Assembly (NCBI GenBank): GCA_951406725.2
Contig: OX597814.1
Span: forward strand, 151,528,001 to 151,592,000
DNA: 64,000 nt
Source: Octopus vulgaris
Lineage: Eukaryota
Direction of reading: 5' to 3'
Part shown: piece after piece, positions 1 to 13,817 of the stretch
How positions within the stretch are numbered: the first letter of the stretch is position 1
Layout: the number at the start of each line of letters is the position of its first letter
Position numbers and translations under genes: made by a program
The notes under the pieces: model-generated
Told to the model about the DNA's origin: nothing
The model's database searches: none
What the model saw: the letters and a program-made list of their open reading frames with translations, nothing else

Positions 1-845
1 TTTCAATTGTGAAAGGTTTAAATGACTGTTACTAATAGAGGGTGGAGCTGTGAGGATAGAATAGTCGACGGGTGCATTACCATGCTTAATATGAATAAGA
101 CACTTTCAAACTTGTTAAACTTGTCCAACATCAAAGTAAAGAAATAAGAGTTGTGTTAGAAAAGACTTCATTTTGTCTTCTCGTGAGCAAAGAGGGTGAT
201 TTGGGCAAATGTTTTATATATGACAATGCGAAAGATCAAATTCGTATTACTCATGTAAAGCGTTCATGCATCATAACGCTGTAAAACTGCCGAAAAGCAA
301 CCGGTGCACAGAGCATTCGAAAAGTGTTCGCCATCTGCAGGCTGTAGTCTATCGGGTGAATGCATTGCACATAATATCGGTGTTAGGTCAATTAAATACT
401 GTACACTAGTAGCTTGTAGGGCTGTGCAGAATCGAGAACACTTGAAAATTATTACCAAAATCTCATAGTTAACTACCCAACGAAATACAACTCGACGAGG
501 TCATATAAAGAACCACAGCAGTTATTTTGACGAAGATTCCGATTTCAACAATGGTATCTTTTTGTAACTTCTACATTTTTGAACCAAGAATATTCCTTAG
601 TTGAGGAGAAAAACTGAAAAGACATTCAGATACACAAATACAATTGGCGTCACCTACTGTTCAAAACGAAATACTTGATATCATGGGTGCGGTTGTTTTA
701 GGCGTCACAGCAAATGGTGTGAAATGTTTAAGATATTCATCTTATCATTGATGAAACAACAGATGTCTTGCAACCCGTTGAGCAAGTTGCAATATACCTT
801 AGGTGTACCTCTGAAGGATAAAGCAGGGAGTCTTTCCTCGGATTT
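1..845 (+). mobile_element. Degenerate hAT (ZMYM1-like) transposase fragment
   Basis: Broken frames translate to SPTVQNEILDIM (about 650-690) and IIDETTDVLQPVEQVAIYLR (about 745-805), typical hAT catalytic-region motifs; stops and frameshifts present. Confidence 0.75.
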
Positions 846-1270
846 TTTTTTCAGTATAGTATACTATACTGAAGAGAGAAGTAAGTAAAATTTAAATCAC
901 TTTAATATCGAAACGCGTATATAGTTAATCTTGGTCGTGCTGATTCATTGCTTTGCTCTTTGCCTTCGTAAAAAAAAGTATATTACCGTCATGGAGATTC
1001 TTATAGTAGCAGAAAAGGAATTTTAACTCCTATTTCTAAAATCGGTAGGTGGTGAAGCAATTAGCTGAACCCTAATTATAATTATGTGGATAATTTTACC
1101 TATAAAGGTTATTTTAACGTACCGATCAACTTGGTAAAATTATTAATTAATTAATTAATTTGAATAATAAATTTGACCCTTTTATTATTAATATATATAT
1201 ATGAACTTGGAAATGGATGCGTGACGTTCAATTAAATAATAATATAAATAATAAATATAAATGTGTACAC

Positions 1271-1317
<47 letters not shown>

Positions 1318-1344
1318 TGTATGTATGTATGTATGTATGTATGT

Positions 1345-1687
1345 ATGCATATATGGGTGCAGGACGTCACCAACAATAAACAACATGAAATACGAAAACA
1401 GCCCTTCCTGTTTGTTTTCGCTGTCCTGTTTTTGTCACCAATTTTGACCCTCCACAAAATCCCAAATTTGCGGCAGCAACTGTTTTATCGAAGGCGTATC
1501 TTGTAAAATGCTCGAAATACGGATTAGAAAAACAGCTGACAACTGATGAAGGGTCCTTCTTTGTGTTGTCTGTCTTATTTTCCATTTGTTTCTTTCGTTG
1601 CTCGCAAAAAAAGCTCATATTCCATGCCTTCGTACTTCGTATTTTTTGTTGCTTATGTTTTGTGACGTCCAGTGCCCATATATGCAT
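1345..1687. mobile_element. Palindromic Penelope-LTR-like fragment in TA/TATG microsatellite
   Basis: atgcatatatgggtgcaggacgtcac...aaatacgaa is inverted relative to ttcgtatt...gtgacgtccagtgcccatatatgcat; internal ctcGAAA and CTGATGA motifs. Confidence 0.55.
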
Positions 1688-1902
1688 AAGTATATACGTA
1701 TAAATGTATGTACGTATATTTATGTATATATGCATATATATATATTATTTATATTATATATGTATATAATGTATATATATATATATTATTTGAACGTATG
1801 TATATGGGTGCGTGTGTGCGTATGTATGTGTGTGTATGTGTATGAGTAACTTTAGTTATAATCCATGTCTCAGAGTAAAGGCAGATATAAAGATTCTTCA
1901 AG

Positions 1903-1933
<31 letters not shown>

Positions 1934-2064
1934 TTGTATGTATGTGTGTGTGTGTGTGTGTATGTATGTACATACCAACAAGCATACATACATACCTACA
2001 TACCTACCTACTTACATACATACATACATACAAAAATACCCTGCTGTTGATTCTTTAATTCATT

Positions 2065-2252
2065 TATTTCAGTCATTTGACTGCAGCCATGCTGGAGTAT
2101 CACCTTTAGTCGAACAAATCGACCCCAGAACTTATTCTTTGTAAGCCTAGTACTTATTCTATCGATCTCTTTGCCGAACCGCTAAATTACGGGTACGTAA
2201 ACACACCATCATCGGTTATCAAGCGATGGTGGGTGGACAAGCACAGGCATAT

Positions 2253-2309
<57 letters not shown>

Positions 2310-2482
2310 CAGGTTTTTATGTATACGACGAGCTTCTTTCAGTTTCCGTCTACCGAATCCACTCACAAGGCTTTCGTCGGCCTGAGGATATAGTTGAAGA
2401 CACTTGCCGAAGGTATCACGTTGTGGCACTGATCCCTGTACCATGTGGTTGGTAAGCAAGCTAGTTACCACGCAGCCACGCC
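2065..2482 (-). mobile_element. tRNA-derived SINE family A (octopus OR-like) with internal CA microsatellite
   Basis: Reverse complement of the ggcgcaggagtggctgtgtggtaag...gcagtcaaatgactgaaacaagt unit that recurs many times in the window. Confidence 0.85.
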
Positions 2483-2573
2483 TGGTTGAAATTCCAATGA
2501 AGGAGCCTTGGATCTAGGTTAGAAACCAGTTCTTTCTCTATTGGCAAGAAACCTTGAAATAAAATACATATTA

Positions 2574-2975
2574 GGCGCAGGAGTGGCTGTGTGGTAAGTA
2601 GCTTGCTAACCAGCCACATGGTTCCGGGTTCAGTCCTACTGCGTGGCATCTTGGGCAAGTGTCTTCTGCTATAGCCCCGGGCCGACCTATGCCTTGTGAG
2701 TGGATTTGGTAGACGGAAACTGAAAGAAGCCTGTCGTATATATGTATATGTATATGTATATGTATGTGTGTGTTTGTGTGTCTGTTTGTCCCCCTAGCAT
2801 TGCTTGACAACCGATGCTGGTGTGTTTACAGCCCCGTAACTTAGCGGTTCGGCAAAAGAGACCGATAGAATAAGTACTGGGCTTACAAAGAATAAGTCTC
2901 GGGGTCGATCTGCTCGACTAAAAGGCGGTGCTCCAGCATGGCCGCAGTCAAATGACTGAAACAAGTAAAAGAGAG
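2574..2975 (+). mobile_element. SINE family A, near full length
   Basis: Pol III A-box-like tggctgtgtggt and B-box-like ggttcagtcc, central microsatellite, tail aaacaagtaaaagag. Confidence 0.9.
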
Positions 2976-3258
2976 AAAACAGAAAAGAGTATATGTAGGC
3001 ACGTTTGTATCTATGTATGTATATATTTCTGATTTGGCAAGTGAAATTGAAACGATTAGATCGTGAAGTCATAATAGTTTTTTAAGGAACACGCCCAAAA
3101 TGTTGTTTACACATTGCAGCATGTATGCCACTTTGTATTATGATCTTTTATGTACAGGTTTTTGATTTACGAACTTTTTTGTGTAGATTTTCTTCCGTGT
3201 AAGAACAATCTTATTTTTTTTTAACTTCGGATATGTGGATATGTGGTGTTGCCTTTAG

Positions 3259-3573
3259 GAATCCAGGTAAAAAACAAAACAAAGTCACAGGTAAAAAATA
3301 GTCACAGGAAAAAAAGTCACGGAAAAAAGTCGCAGGAAAAAAAACCCACAGAAAAAAGTCACAGGAAAAATGTCACGTGAGTTTTGTTGTGGGGTGGGGG
3401 TCCGAGGGTTTTTTGTCCCAAGAGGGTTTTGTCCGGATACCATAAATTAATTCTGACGTTTTTTCGTGTGACTTTATTACTGGCCACCATAAATTAATTG
3501 TGACTGTTTTTCCTAGCCAAAATTGTGACTTTATTACTGTGACTTTTTCCCTGAGACTTTATTACTAGTCACC
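3259..3573. mobile_element. Foldback-like non-autonomous element with inverted arrays of an aaaaaagtcacagg unit
   Basis: About 7 tandem aaaagtcacagg copies on the left and gtgactttt(a/t) copies on the right; flanks gccttta/gctttta resemble a TSD. Confidence 0.65.
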
Positions 3574-3902
3574 GCTTTTAGGCCTTTAGACACGAGAACG
3601 TTTTTCCTTTAGATTCAGTCTTTTTTTATTTATTTCTCTTCCGCACCTCGCTTTCTCATTCACATTTCCTGTCATTGATGCTAATTTATTTGCAATCTGA
3701 ATGGTACGTCTCAAGATAAATTATCTTGTATCTTTTTTAGTTGCCCTCACCTAAATTATGTTATTAACAGTTTCTTATAGGTAGTATTTTTTTTTCATCT
3801 TCATCGATGTCTGGCCGAACCGCTGGAGACGGAATTTCCATGATATTTATAAATTGTTTCGAAGTATCTTTAAAATATCTGCCTTTGGTGTAAGTTAGAA
3901 TT

Positions 3903-3928
3903 TACACTACACACACATACACACTCAC

Positions 3929-3963
<35 letters not shown>

Positions 3964-4143
3964 CACACACACATACCACACACAGATACACATACACACA
4001 CAATCATACACACATACACACATACACACACACATACATACATACATACATACATACATACATACATACATACATACATACATACATACATACATACATG
4101 CATGCATGCATGCATGCATACATACATACATACATACATACAT
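3903..4143. repeat. Compound (CA)n/(CATA)n microsatellite
   Basis: Seen directly. Confidence 0.95.
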
Positions 4144-5076
4144 CTATTCACGCACATCCATATATTACATTCCCGCGCTAACACAGTATCTTTAAGGTAA
4201 TCTTTTGACAGTGATGTAGTCTTTGATCTCTGGAGATTATTTAATGCATATTTTTGGATGTGAGTAAACGGGTAAATGGTAAAATACATTATGCCTGAGG
4301 ATGTGAACTACACAGTAAGAGTTGAGAGAATTTGATGTAGAAGATTCCGCTTTGGCTGGAAACATCGGATCTTTTCTGTTTGGCTGCCAGCGTCAATTTT
4401 TTTCTGTTCGAAATGATTTCATATTCAGTGTAATGATACACTTTTATAGGCTAATTAATGACGTGAAAGTAATTTTTGCTATAAATCAATAAATAAGGAG
4501 TTATTAGTAATTAAAGTTTGAAAATGTTGTTAATTTTTGCCATTCGTAAGCCACAGACACATTCATGGCTGTTACGATAGTAAGAATCGGAACACGAGAA
4601 ATCTTTTGCCTGTCGACATAGTAACAGTCTTTGAAAAGTCATTTATCTGCGTAGAAGCACGTGTTGACAAATTTAACGCTGTGTTCTGCGCGATTAAGGC
4701 AGCAAGTTCCAGTAACCTATATATGTATGTATGTATGTGCAGATTTGTATGTTTTATGTATGTATTTTCATTCATAAAGTTGCATATCTAGACATGCTCA
4801 TATATATTTAAATGATAAACTTTCAGAAAGTTTTACAGATTTTTACAGTTCCAGTGATGGATTGGATCAGTAGTCTTCTAATTAGCTTTCTCCTTTTTGA
4901 TTTTGAGAAGTTTAATTTCTCAAGATTGGTATTAGGCAGTGTGTTATATATCCAAGGGCCCCATTAATTACAGGTATAAACCTGAACTTGCCAAACCCGA
5001 AATATATACAAGAGTAACTGCAGATTTCTCAATAGTTCAGCATAGGTGTTCTCTTTTTCACTGATCTTCAGTTTTG

Positions 5077-5415
5077 TATGTATGTATGTATGTATGTATG
5101 TATGTATGTATGTATGTATGTATGTATGTATGTATGTATGCATAAAACCTGTGGCTCAGTGGTTACCGATGATGTTGACTTGTTCTTCTTTTCGGATTAT
5201 AGCTGCTGTTGCTTAGTGAGTGGGATTGACTCCTCACTTTAAAAAAATCTTCTTGCACAGGCATTGCACGATAACAACATTGATTCAGCTTCGTGCAATG
5301 GCCATATTCGATAACGAAGGGGCAGCCACCATGTATGTATGTATGTATGTATGTATGTATGTATGTATGTATGTATGTATGTATGTATGTATGTATGTAT
5401 GTATGTATGTATGTA

Positions 5416-5448
<33 letters not shown>

Positions 5449-5645
5449 ATGTATGTATGTATGTATGTATGTATGTATGTATGTATGTAGTCATTTTTCG
5501 CCGAGTTGTCGAATACATAACCACCATCCCTCACACTATCTCTACCTTTCATCCTCTCTCGATATATACTTGTATGGGAGTACGCATCTGTTTCTCTTGC
5601 ATACATGACCAATTTACTTCTCTGAGAGAGAGTGAGAGAGAGAGA

Positions 5646-5744
<99 letters not shown>

Positions 5745-5866
5745 GCGGGGGCAGACAGAAATGGACAGAGAAAGACACACAGAGAGAAACCGAAATTTCA
5801 AGAAAGGATTATTTTACAAGTGAATTATTGTAACCAGGAAGATAAGGAAAAGTGAGCATGAGAAAT

Positions 5867-5913
<47 letters not shown>

Positions 5914-5935
5914 AGGAAGGAAAGAAAGAAAGACT
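5077..5935. repeat. Cluster of (TATG)n, (GA)n and (GAAA)n microsatellites
   Basis: Seen directly; source of the spurious MYVC/ERER ORFs. Confidence 0.95.
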
Positions 5936-6244
5936 GAAGAAAGGAAGAAAAACAGTTTAACTTAGCACAAATTAAAGCGCGTTTTTATAACGTACCTTAG
6001 AAAGCTTTGTTACCGTTCACTTACCTTCCTTTGTCTTTTTTCTACCCCCACAACGACGCTTTTTCAACTCTCTGTGTTTCTCTATTTTTTATTCAAAACA
6101 TTTGGGTGTGGTTCGAGCGAAAATTTGGCGGGTATTTCTATTTCTCGAAACGTTATCCAGTATTCCATATGAAATAGCAAATATGAATATATATGGTTTT
6201 GCGAGTTAGTTGTTTTGTAGTTTCTAAATAAACGGAAGACATAT

Positions 6245-6445
6245 TCTGGGAGATTCAGCGTGACACACAGTATGTGACAAGGCTAACCTATTGGATTACA
6301 GGTACTACTCATTTTTGCCAGTTGAGTGAACTGGAGCAACATGAAATAAAGTATCTTGCTCAAGGACACACGCGCCGCTGGGATCCAATTCATGACCTTA
6401 CGATCGTTAACCAAATACCCTAACCACTAAGCTACGCACCTTCAC
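6245..6445 (-). mobile_element. SINE family C (V-domain-like gtgtccttgagcaagacactt core)
   Basis: Matches copies at 17500-17826, 30035-30376, 45620-45870 and 57435-57770. Confidence 0.75.
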
Positions 6446-6559
6446 ATGCATGCATACACGCACAATGTTATACAACATGCTCCATATTTTAGCTTTCACA
6501 CTTCTCTTTCAAGCGTGTCAGCAGCATCAAAGTTACAGATTCTAATCTGACAAGGGAAG

Positions 6560-7460
6560 TGAAAAAGCGCTCTATGCTTGTAGCTCTATTCGCCGATTAC
6601 AGCGCCTCGGGGGTCGATAGTTTTGAAGGTGGTCGAATTCTTCATGTTCAAAGCCAGGAAAGAGCTGGTGACCTCTGGCGGGGACGTGTCGTCTATGGCC
6701 TACAGAAAGAAAGGTTTTCAGCAGTTATATATTAATAGGACAACAAAATTCAGCCGTCAGATCGAGAACAATTTCAACAAGTCGTTAAGAGCCATCGTTA
6801 AGCAGCTCAAGGCAGCAGAGTTCACTAGCAGACGTGTAGTACACAAGACTATCAGGAACGAACACTTTTGTGATGAGAGGCCAGTTTATGTCTGTTAAAA
6901 CCAGGAGGAAGCGAGTGATCTGGTCGTAGTACTTGCTAAGTGAGCTCAAGAACCCTGAGAAAACTGCTTTACTTTGGTTGTCCGTTGAGAATTTCATCCA
7001 GGTCAAGAAGAGGAACGTGAAATGGAAGTATCAACCCAGATATGCGCTAAATATCTGATGATCCTGTTGAACGTGTACAACGAAGGTTATCTCATGCTGT
7101 CTCATTTTGCAGGACCTTAGAGTGAATACTATGGCCTACACCAAAGTGCTAATCTAAGGAAGGCCAAACTGCTGTAGCAAGACTGTTATCTTCCAGATAT
7201 CCCTTGTAACTCACTGACTAACCTAAAATTTTGGGGATCATGTTAAACCAGCATGTGGTCCCTTGCTCCACTGATTTGAATGCTTCTGGCCAACTATGTC
7301 CGGGGAACTGAAAATGAGACCAACCGGGAGTCCATGATCCCTAGAATTTGTCACCAGTTGCTATTGTGGGCGTGATGGACAGTTTGATAGACTGCCTATA
7401 ACCATGAAATGTTCCTACATATTGTGCTTATTTATAACCTATTAAACTGGTGCTGCAGTA
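6560..7460 (+). mobile_element. Highly decayed Tc1/mariner-like element
   Basis: Weak similarity to the mariner copies at 15.3 and 34.6 kb (gcctacaccaaagtgct; WSP..DLN-like segment near 7255-7300). Confidence 0.45.
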
Positions 7461-7519
7461 AACTTTATCTCTACATAATACCTCTTTACTGATGTGTCTG
7501 GGTGCATCAGTTAATTTTC

Positions 7520-7671
7520 CTTTAGTCTAGCAAATCGACCCCAGGACTTATTCTTTGTAAGTCTTGTACATATTCTATCGGTTACTTTTGCCGAACCGCT
7601 AAATTACGGGGACGTAAACACACCAGCATCGGTTGTCAAGCGATGGTGGTGGGACAAACACAGACACTCAA

Positions 7672-7704
<33 letters not shown>

Positions 7705-7885
7705 CATATATACGACGGGCTTCTTTCAGTTTCCGTCTACCAAATCCACTCACAAGGCTTTGGTCGGTCCGAGGCTATAGTAGAAGATACTTGCCCAAAG
7801 TGCCACGCAGTGGGACTGAACCCGGGACCATGAGGTTCGCAAGCAAGCTACTTACCACACAGCCTATTTTTAGCCTCCTACGCCT
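7520..7885 (-). mobile_element. SINE family A
   Basis: Matches the family consensus in reverse. Confidence 0.85.
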
Positions 7886-8066
7886 ATTTTTATTATACAC
7901 AAACATCAACGTACAGCTTGAACTGAACAAACACACAACAGTATTCTTTCTTTTTATTTTTAAGATAGTGTTTGAATTAAAGGGATCCAACGGTCATTTG
8001 AAGCAAAAGTTCTTTTGTTGATTTGCATTGATCCTATTTTGTCTGTGCGGCTCCAGTTTCCTGGAC

Positions 8067-8310
8067 TGTAAGGCGTTTGTTAGACTAAGCTGCTACATAT
8101 GGTCAAGTGACTATAGAGAATCCTTATAAATGGACCACGTGGTTCTTATTCATCGACAGTGGGGGGAACTCGTTGAGAAGGAAGTTTATTTGTCACATTG
8201 AATAAGGCCATGTGACTATATAAAAGCTCCGCGTTAGCCGTGTCACGCGATAAGCTACACGTTCTCTGTCTTGCGCCTCGCGAACATTGACAAATTTCTC
8301 TTGGTGAATC
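8067..8310 (+). mobile_element. Possible LTR fragment
   Basis: Starts TGTAAG, CpG-retaining, ctatataaaag TATA box near 8216; 3' end not defined. Confidence 0.35.
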
Positions 8311-8314
8311 ACTC

Positions 8315-8370
<56 letters not shown>

Positions 8371-8371
<1 letters not shown>

Positions 8372-8770
8372 GCGGTGAGCTGGCAGAAGCGTTAGCACGC
8401 CGGGCGAAATGCTTAGCTGTATTTCGTCTGCTGCTACGTTCTGAGTTCAAATCCCGCCGAGGTCGACTTTGCCTTTCATCCTTTCGGGGTCGATTAAATA
8501 AGTACCAGTTACGCACTGGGATCGATATAATCGATTTAATCCGTTTGTCTGTCCTTGTTTGTCCCTTCTGTGTTTAGCCTCTTGTGGGTAGTAAAGAAAT
8601 AGGTATTTCGCCCGTCGCTACGTTCTGAGTTCAAATTCCACCGAAGTCGACTTAACTTTTCTTCCTTTCGGGGTTGATGAAATAAGTACCAGTTACGCAC
8701 TGAGGTTGATATAATCGACTAGCCCCCTTCCCCCAAAATTTTCAGGGCCTTGTGCCTAGAGTAGAAATAA
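8371..8770 (+). mobile_element. SINE family B (octopus OK-like, Deu/Nin-domain-like core), dimeric
   Basis: tRNA-like head ggcggtgagctggcagaa...gagttcaaatcc; core gcctttcatcctttcggggtcgat...aagtacc present twice. Confidence 0.85.
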
Positions 8771-8834
8771 CTATCTCTCTCTGTCTCACACACACACTCT
8801 CTCTCTCTATTTCTCTTTCCCCTCTCTCTTTATT

Positions 8835-8898
<64 letters not shown>

Positions 8899-9409
8899 AC
8901 TATCTTTATCTGTCACTCATTCTTTCACTCACTCTCCCTCTCTCACACACCCCACCCAGAACAATACACCCCACTTAACTCCCATACACTTCCTTCCACG
9001 CAATCATTTATCGACACTCTTACAACTGCGGTGACACGTGCAATCCATCCTACCTAACACCTACGCATCATACACACCTCTGACACTTCATCCGTTTACT
9101 GCGTCAACATGCTTGAATTTATCAGTGTGTGGGTGTGCGTGAATGTAAGTGTATGCATGTGTGTATGTATCTATGTATGTATGTATGACTAAAATTATCG
9201 TTGTATATGTACTGAAACTGTAAGACAATCCGCTACAACACTTTGTTGTGCGTGTCGATGCGTGTTCTTAAAGTTTTCAACAAATTTAAGAATAACTATT
9301 AGTTTATATTGATAAGAAGAGCCAAATTTACAGCGAAAATCAAGTTGATACACGCGCACACACACACACACATAAACACACACACACACGCACACACACA
9401 CACACACAC

Positions 9410-9447
<38 letters not shown>

Positions 9448-10038
9448 GTGTAAACGTGGCTGAGCGTTGAGGAGTTGGCTTCTCAAGTATGTGGTTCCGA
9501 GTTCAGTCCTATTGCGTGGGACTGAACATGAGCAAGTGCTGACCAAACCCTTTCAAGTGGATTTGGTAGACGGAAACTGAAAGAAGCCTGTCATGTATAT
9601 ACACATATGTGTGTGTGTATGGGTGTATCTATGTGTTTGTCTAGCAGTGCTTGACAACCTGTGTTGGCTGGGTTACACCCCTGTAAAGCTGTTCTACGAA
9701 AGACACCGATAGCATAAGTCCAGACATTTAAAACTAAATCTGGAGTCGATTTGTTCGAATAATTCTTCCATTACATACTTACGAACATAGTATACAATAG
9801 CTAAACTTTGGGCGCTGTTTTGGACCCTATTGTGTCTACCACTCCGATTGGTTGGTATTGGTGCAATTTGTCTTTTACTCTATCGCGCGCCAATATGCGA
9901 CCCAACCAATCACAGCCTCCAAATAAGTCGCATGAGACAGTCTGTTCCAAACAAGCATTTGAGCCCAGCGTCAGCTATAAAAGCTTACTTCTTTCTAGTC
10001 TCAACGTCGGTTGGTTTCAGATTTTCTAAGGTCTAATC

Positions 10039-13000
10039 CATAGCTTCCCAAAGTGGGTGATATCGCGCACCGGTGGGCGATTTCAATTTACATGTGGGCG
10101 ATGGGCGAATTTCTAGTAAATGGTGGACGATTTGAGATTTTGTCGGGCAATATGAACATTTTGTTGGTGACAATGAATTTTTAGAAATCAAGTCTGCATT
10201 TACCAATATCTAGGCATGCCTAAAATAAAGATTCACTTTTATCGATTTGACTACTCGCATGAGATGTCCCTTCGTATTAAAAACGCGGACTTGCCTATCG
10301 ATCGAATATTTTTGTCGTAGTCATTGAGAGGATTATCATGCGTGCTAAAAACAGCAGCCAAATAGGCCTAGGCCTTAAATCACACTCTACAACAACTTTT
10401 TTTTATGTGGAGGGGGGGGGCATAATCGCATGAATTCCCGCGTGTATAATTCAAACTTGCAAAAACTTCCTGAAAATCCGAAAAATAAAAAAGTTATGAG
10501 GGGCTATAAGTCGTGCGTAATTCTGTGGTTTCATATCAAAATACAAGTGCTATTTTCAGGCTGTTGACAAAATGTGTAGTCACGCACAAAATGACAGCTT
10601 TGAAATTGTGCTTCTTGACTGGGTGAAAATGATCAAACTTTAAACCTCTATAACTTTTTTAAAACATTTTTCTAGGAAAAGTTGAATAACTCCAGCTTTT
10701 TAGCTTCGACAGGTACATTATTGTGCCAAATTTTAAAATTTTCGATAAACTTAAATTTTTGAAATGCTGGCAGATACACGGACTAGATCAGTATTTGCTC
10801 CAGTAAAGATGTATCATCTGACTCTGCTCTATTGTCTTCTTCTCTTTGGGAATACCATACTGCCTTTCTGACGCCATCTGTAGAAATTCGTTTTCGCATT
10901 TTTACTTTACTGATGCCCCCAGTCAAGAAAATTTGTCGACAGTACAGTAGTGATTATTTATCGTTCGAATTTATTCCCTCTCCTCAGAACTGTCAGCTAC
11001 CAATGAGCCTTCTTTGTCAATAAACATTGTCCAATGAAGCATTGGAACCTTCACGCTTGAAATATCATTTTGATGCAAAGCATTCTGAGAAGGACAAGCC
11101 GATATCGGCTAAAGTTGACAAGTTTGAAACAGAATGTATCACACTTTTTGCAACTGAGCTCCTCTTTAAAAAAAAATTACATACATTCAACACGCCACTC
11201 CAGGAAACTAGTAAACAGGAGAATGATAGGTTGATTGCATCGTACAACATTGCGTTTTCTTTGTTGCTAAGTTTCACACAATTAGAGAAACATTACTCCG
11301 CCCAGTCATCGAAGAGGTTTTGTCAACCGTTATGCACGAAAAACCCGATAACATTATGAAGAAGATCCCACTTAATAATAGCACAATTTCTCGAAGCATC
11401 GATAAAATGGCTAACGATGTCAAACGTCAGCTGATTAATATTCTCCAGTGTTCTGAATTTTCTATACAAGTGGATGAGTCAACTGTTGTGGACAATCAAT
11501 GTTTGATGATGGTATATGTTCGGTATTTCAGCAAAGAACTTCGACCTTGTGAGGAAATGCTGTTCATAGAGAAATTGCCTCTTGATTCAAGAGGTGCAGC
11601 TATTTTTCACACTCTCAAATCTTTCCTTTTTGAACATAATATCCCACTCAGTAATATTCATGCCTGTGCATCTGATGGAGCCCCTTCGATTATAGGAAGA
11701 TACTGAGGTTTTTCATCTCTCCTAAAGCGTGAAATTTCCAACCAGATACTAACTGTTCATTGCTTGGCACACCGGCAGCATTTAGTGGCAAAAAATATGA
11801 ACGGTAGGTTGAATGATGCGGTACGATTAGTTATCAAAACTGTGAACAAATTGAAGTCCAGTCCCTTGTCTGATCGAATTTTCCGTCAACTCTGTCTGGG
11901 AAATGACGAGGACCATACTAAACTCTTGTACCCTACCGAAGTGGCTGTCAAAAGGCAACTGTGTTTTACGCTTTGTTGAACTGTTTCATATAATCATATC
12001 TTTCTTTGAAGTTACTCCACTGTCCGCTTCATTGATGGCTATGATATTTCTTTTCTTTGTGATATATTCACAAAATTAAATGATTTGAATAAGTTATTGC
12101 AAGGAAACAGAAAAACTCCCGTTTATTGTAAATTATTTATCACCACTTTCATGTCGAAATTGGTGTTGTATAAGACTAACATTTCAAAATGTCAGTTCCA
12201 TCAATTTCCACAACTTGATACTTTGAAAGATAAATTAGTTGATGAGAATTTAACTACACATCGCAACTATTTATAATCATTGCACGATAACATGGTGGAA
12301 CGATTTCAAGATGTTATTGCGCTGAATATTCCAAATTGGTATAGCAATCCGTTTGCAGTCGATTGCGGGGATGACGTTCAGGAGGAATTGATAGAATTAC
12401 AAAATGACAATGATGCTATAATACGATATCGCTGTAATGGCAAAGAAGGTTTGTGGTACTATCAGAGTATATTGAATTCCTACCCAAGTCTGTGGAAACA
12501 TCTGAAATTACTTTTGCTTGCCTTCCCTACCTTATACCTGGTTGAATCTGGTTTTTACCATGTTGGAACTTTACTTTCTCATAAAAGAATTGTACTGGAT
12601 GTGACACAACGAGGAAACTTGCGGCTAAAGTTGACAAGTTTGAAACCGAATGTATCTGCACTAGCTGCATCGCACCAGACACATGGCTCTCGTTAAAAAG
12701 TTTTATTCTTTTCCTTTATAATACAATTATTAATTAGTTTTGCATCGGTAGTTCTGATCAATGGTTCATTTGGGGAAAAGGAAAATCAATTTCCATAAGT
12801 TAATCTGTCAGAAAAATATAGAGTTAACGTTAGAATTTTATTGACACTAATGGCAAAACTAAACCCACAATAAGGGATTTGTGAACAACCGCATATTTAG
12901 TACAAACGGTACTAACAGGGCAACGAATCTACGATATAGTGTGTGTGTTAAATGATACGGTGGGGTGTAGGAGATTTTGTGTTGGCGGGGGGTGTCAGTG

Positions 13001-13089
13001 TCTCTTTTTACACAGGTGGGTAATGGAGAATGTTTTGGCCGATAGGTGGGCGATATTAAAATTTGGCGCGAAAAGTTGGGGAAACATTG
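10039..13089 (+). mobile_element. Full-length decayed hAT/Buster DNA transposon
   Basis: Imperfect TIRs (CATAGCTTCCCAAAGT vs reverse complement CAATGTTTCCCCAACTT); 8-bp TSD gtctaatc/gtctaacc fitting the Buster nnnTAnnn target; subterminal gggcga repeats. Confidence 0.9.
10913..12696 (+). pseudogene. Buster-type (ZBED5/SCAND3-like) transposase pseudogene
   Basis: Segments RQYSSDYL, FSIQVDEST, ASDGAPS, HCLAHRQHL, FPTLYLVESGF and RGNLRLKLT are spread over several frames with stops. Confidence 0.9.
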
Positions 13090-13481
13090 GTCTAACCCCT
13101 GACTACGTTACAGCAACCTCCATCTTCGTAGCCACCATGATGTCTCTCACCAACGTCGTCAACAACATCTACACAGCACTAACACACTGCACTGGTTCTA
13201 ACATATCGCTGTTCGTGAGCTTTACTCACCAGGGTTAACAGCTAACATACAATCCATCCAGATGCATGTTGATAAATAAATAAATGGCCATCAACCACTG
13301 TCATTCAGTTTGTGTATACATACGCGTGGGCACAATAAACGCATTTAAAGTTATCACCTTTGTTCCATGTATTTCTTTACCGGGTTACTACCAAATAAGA
13401 TTACAGCCTTCTGAGTGGAGTCACATTAGATGGAACAACAATATATCCACCTAAATATACATACACAAGATGATATATATA

Positions 13482-13785
13482 CTAGCAGTATCGCCCGGCG
13501 TTGCTTGGGTTTGTAAGGGAAATAACTATATAAGCATTTTTAGAGAGTTACTTCCCTTATATAAACCGAGCAAAAAATGCATTAAAAAAACGAAAAAATG
13601 ATGGTAAATTTGTTTTTAAATCGTAGACTCATCGTAGACGCGCGCTAATACCCAGAAGGGCTCGATATGAATCACGACTATAAGATACCCGCTTTTGGTT
13701 AAACTGCACCACAAAATGTGGGAGTAGTTAGGAATCTAAATCGGAGGAGACAGACTCTCACACAACTTCAGTTTTATATATAAAG

Positions 13786-13786
<1 letters not shown>
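13482..13786 (-). mobile_element. Non-autonomous Helitron
   Basis: Minus strand starts A|TC and ends with the hairpin CCCAAGCAACGCCGGG then CTAG|T; inserted in a TA repeat. Confidence 0.8.

Positions 13787-13817
<31 letters not shown>

Noticed and set aside
2574-2645. tRNA-like sequences at SINE heads
   Set aside because: No complete cloverleaf; followed by SINE body in every copy.
4170-4720. Complex sequence with possible minus-strand exon(s)
   Set aside because: All frames stop quickly and no family is recognisable.
1188-5855. Numerous ORFs with MYVC/HTYI/ERER repeats
   Set aside because: Translations of stop-free microsatellites, not genes.
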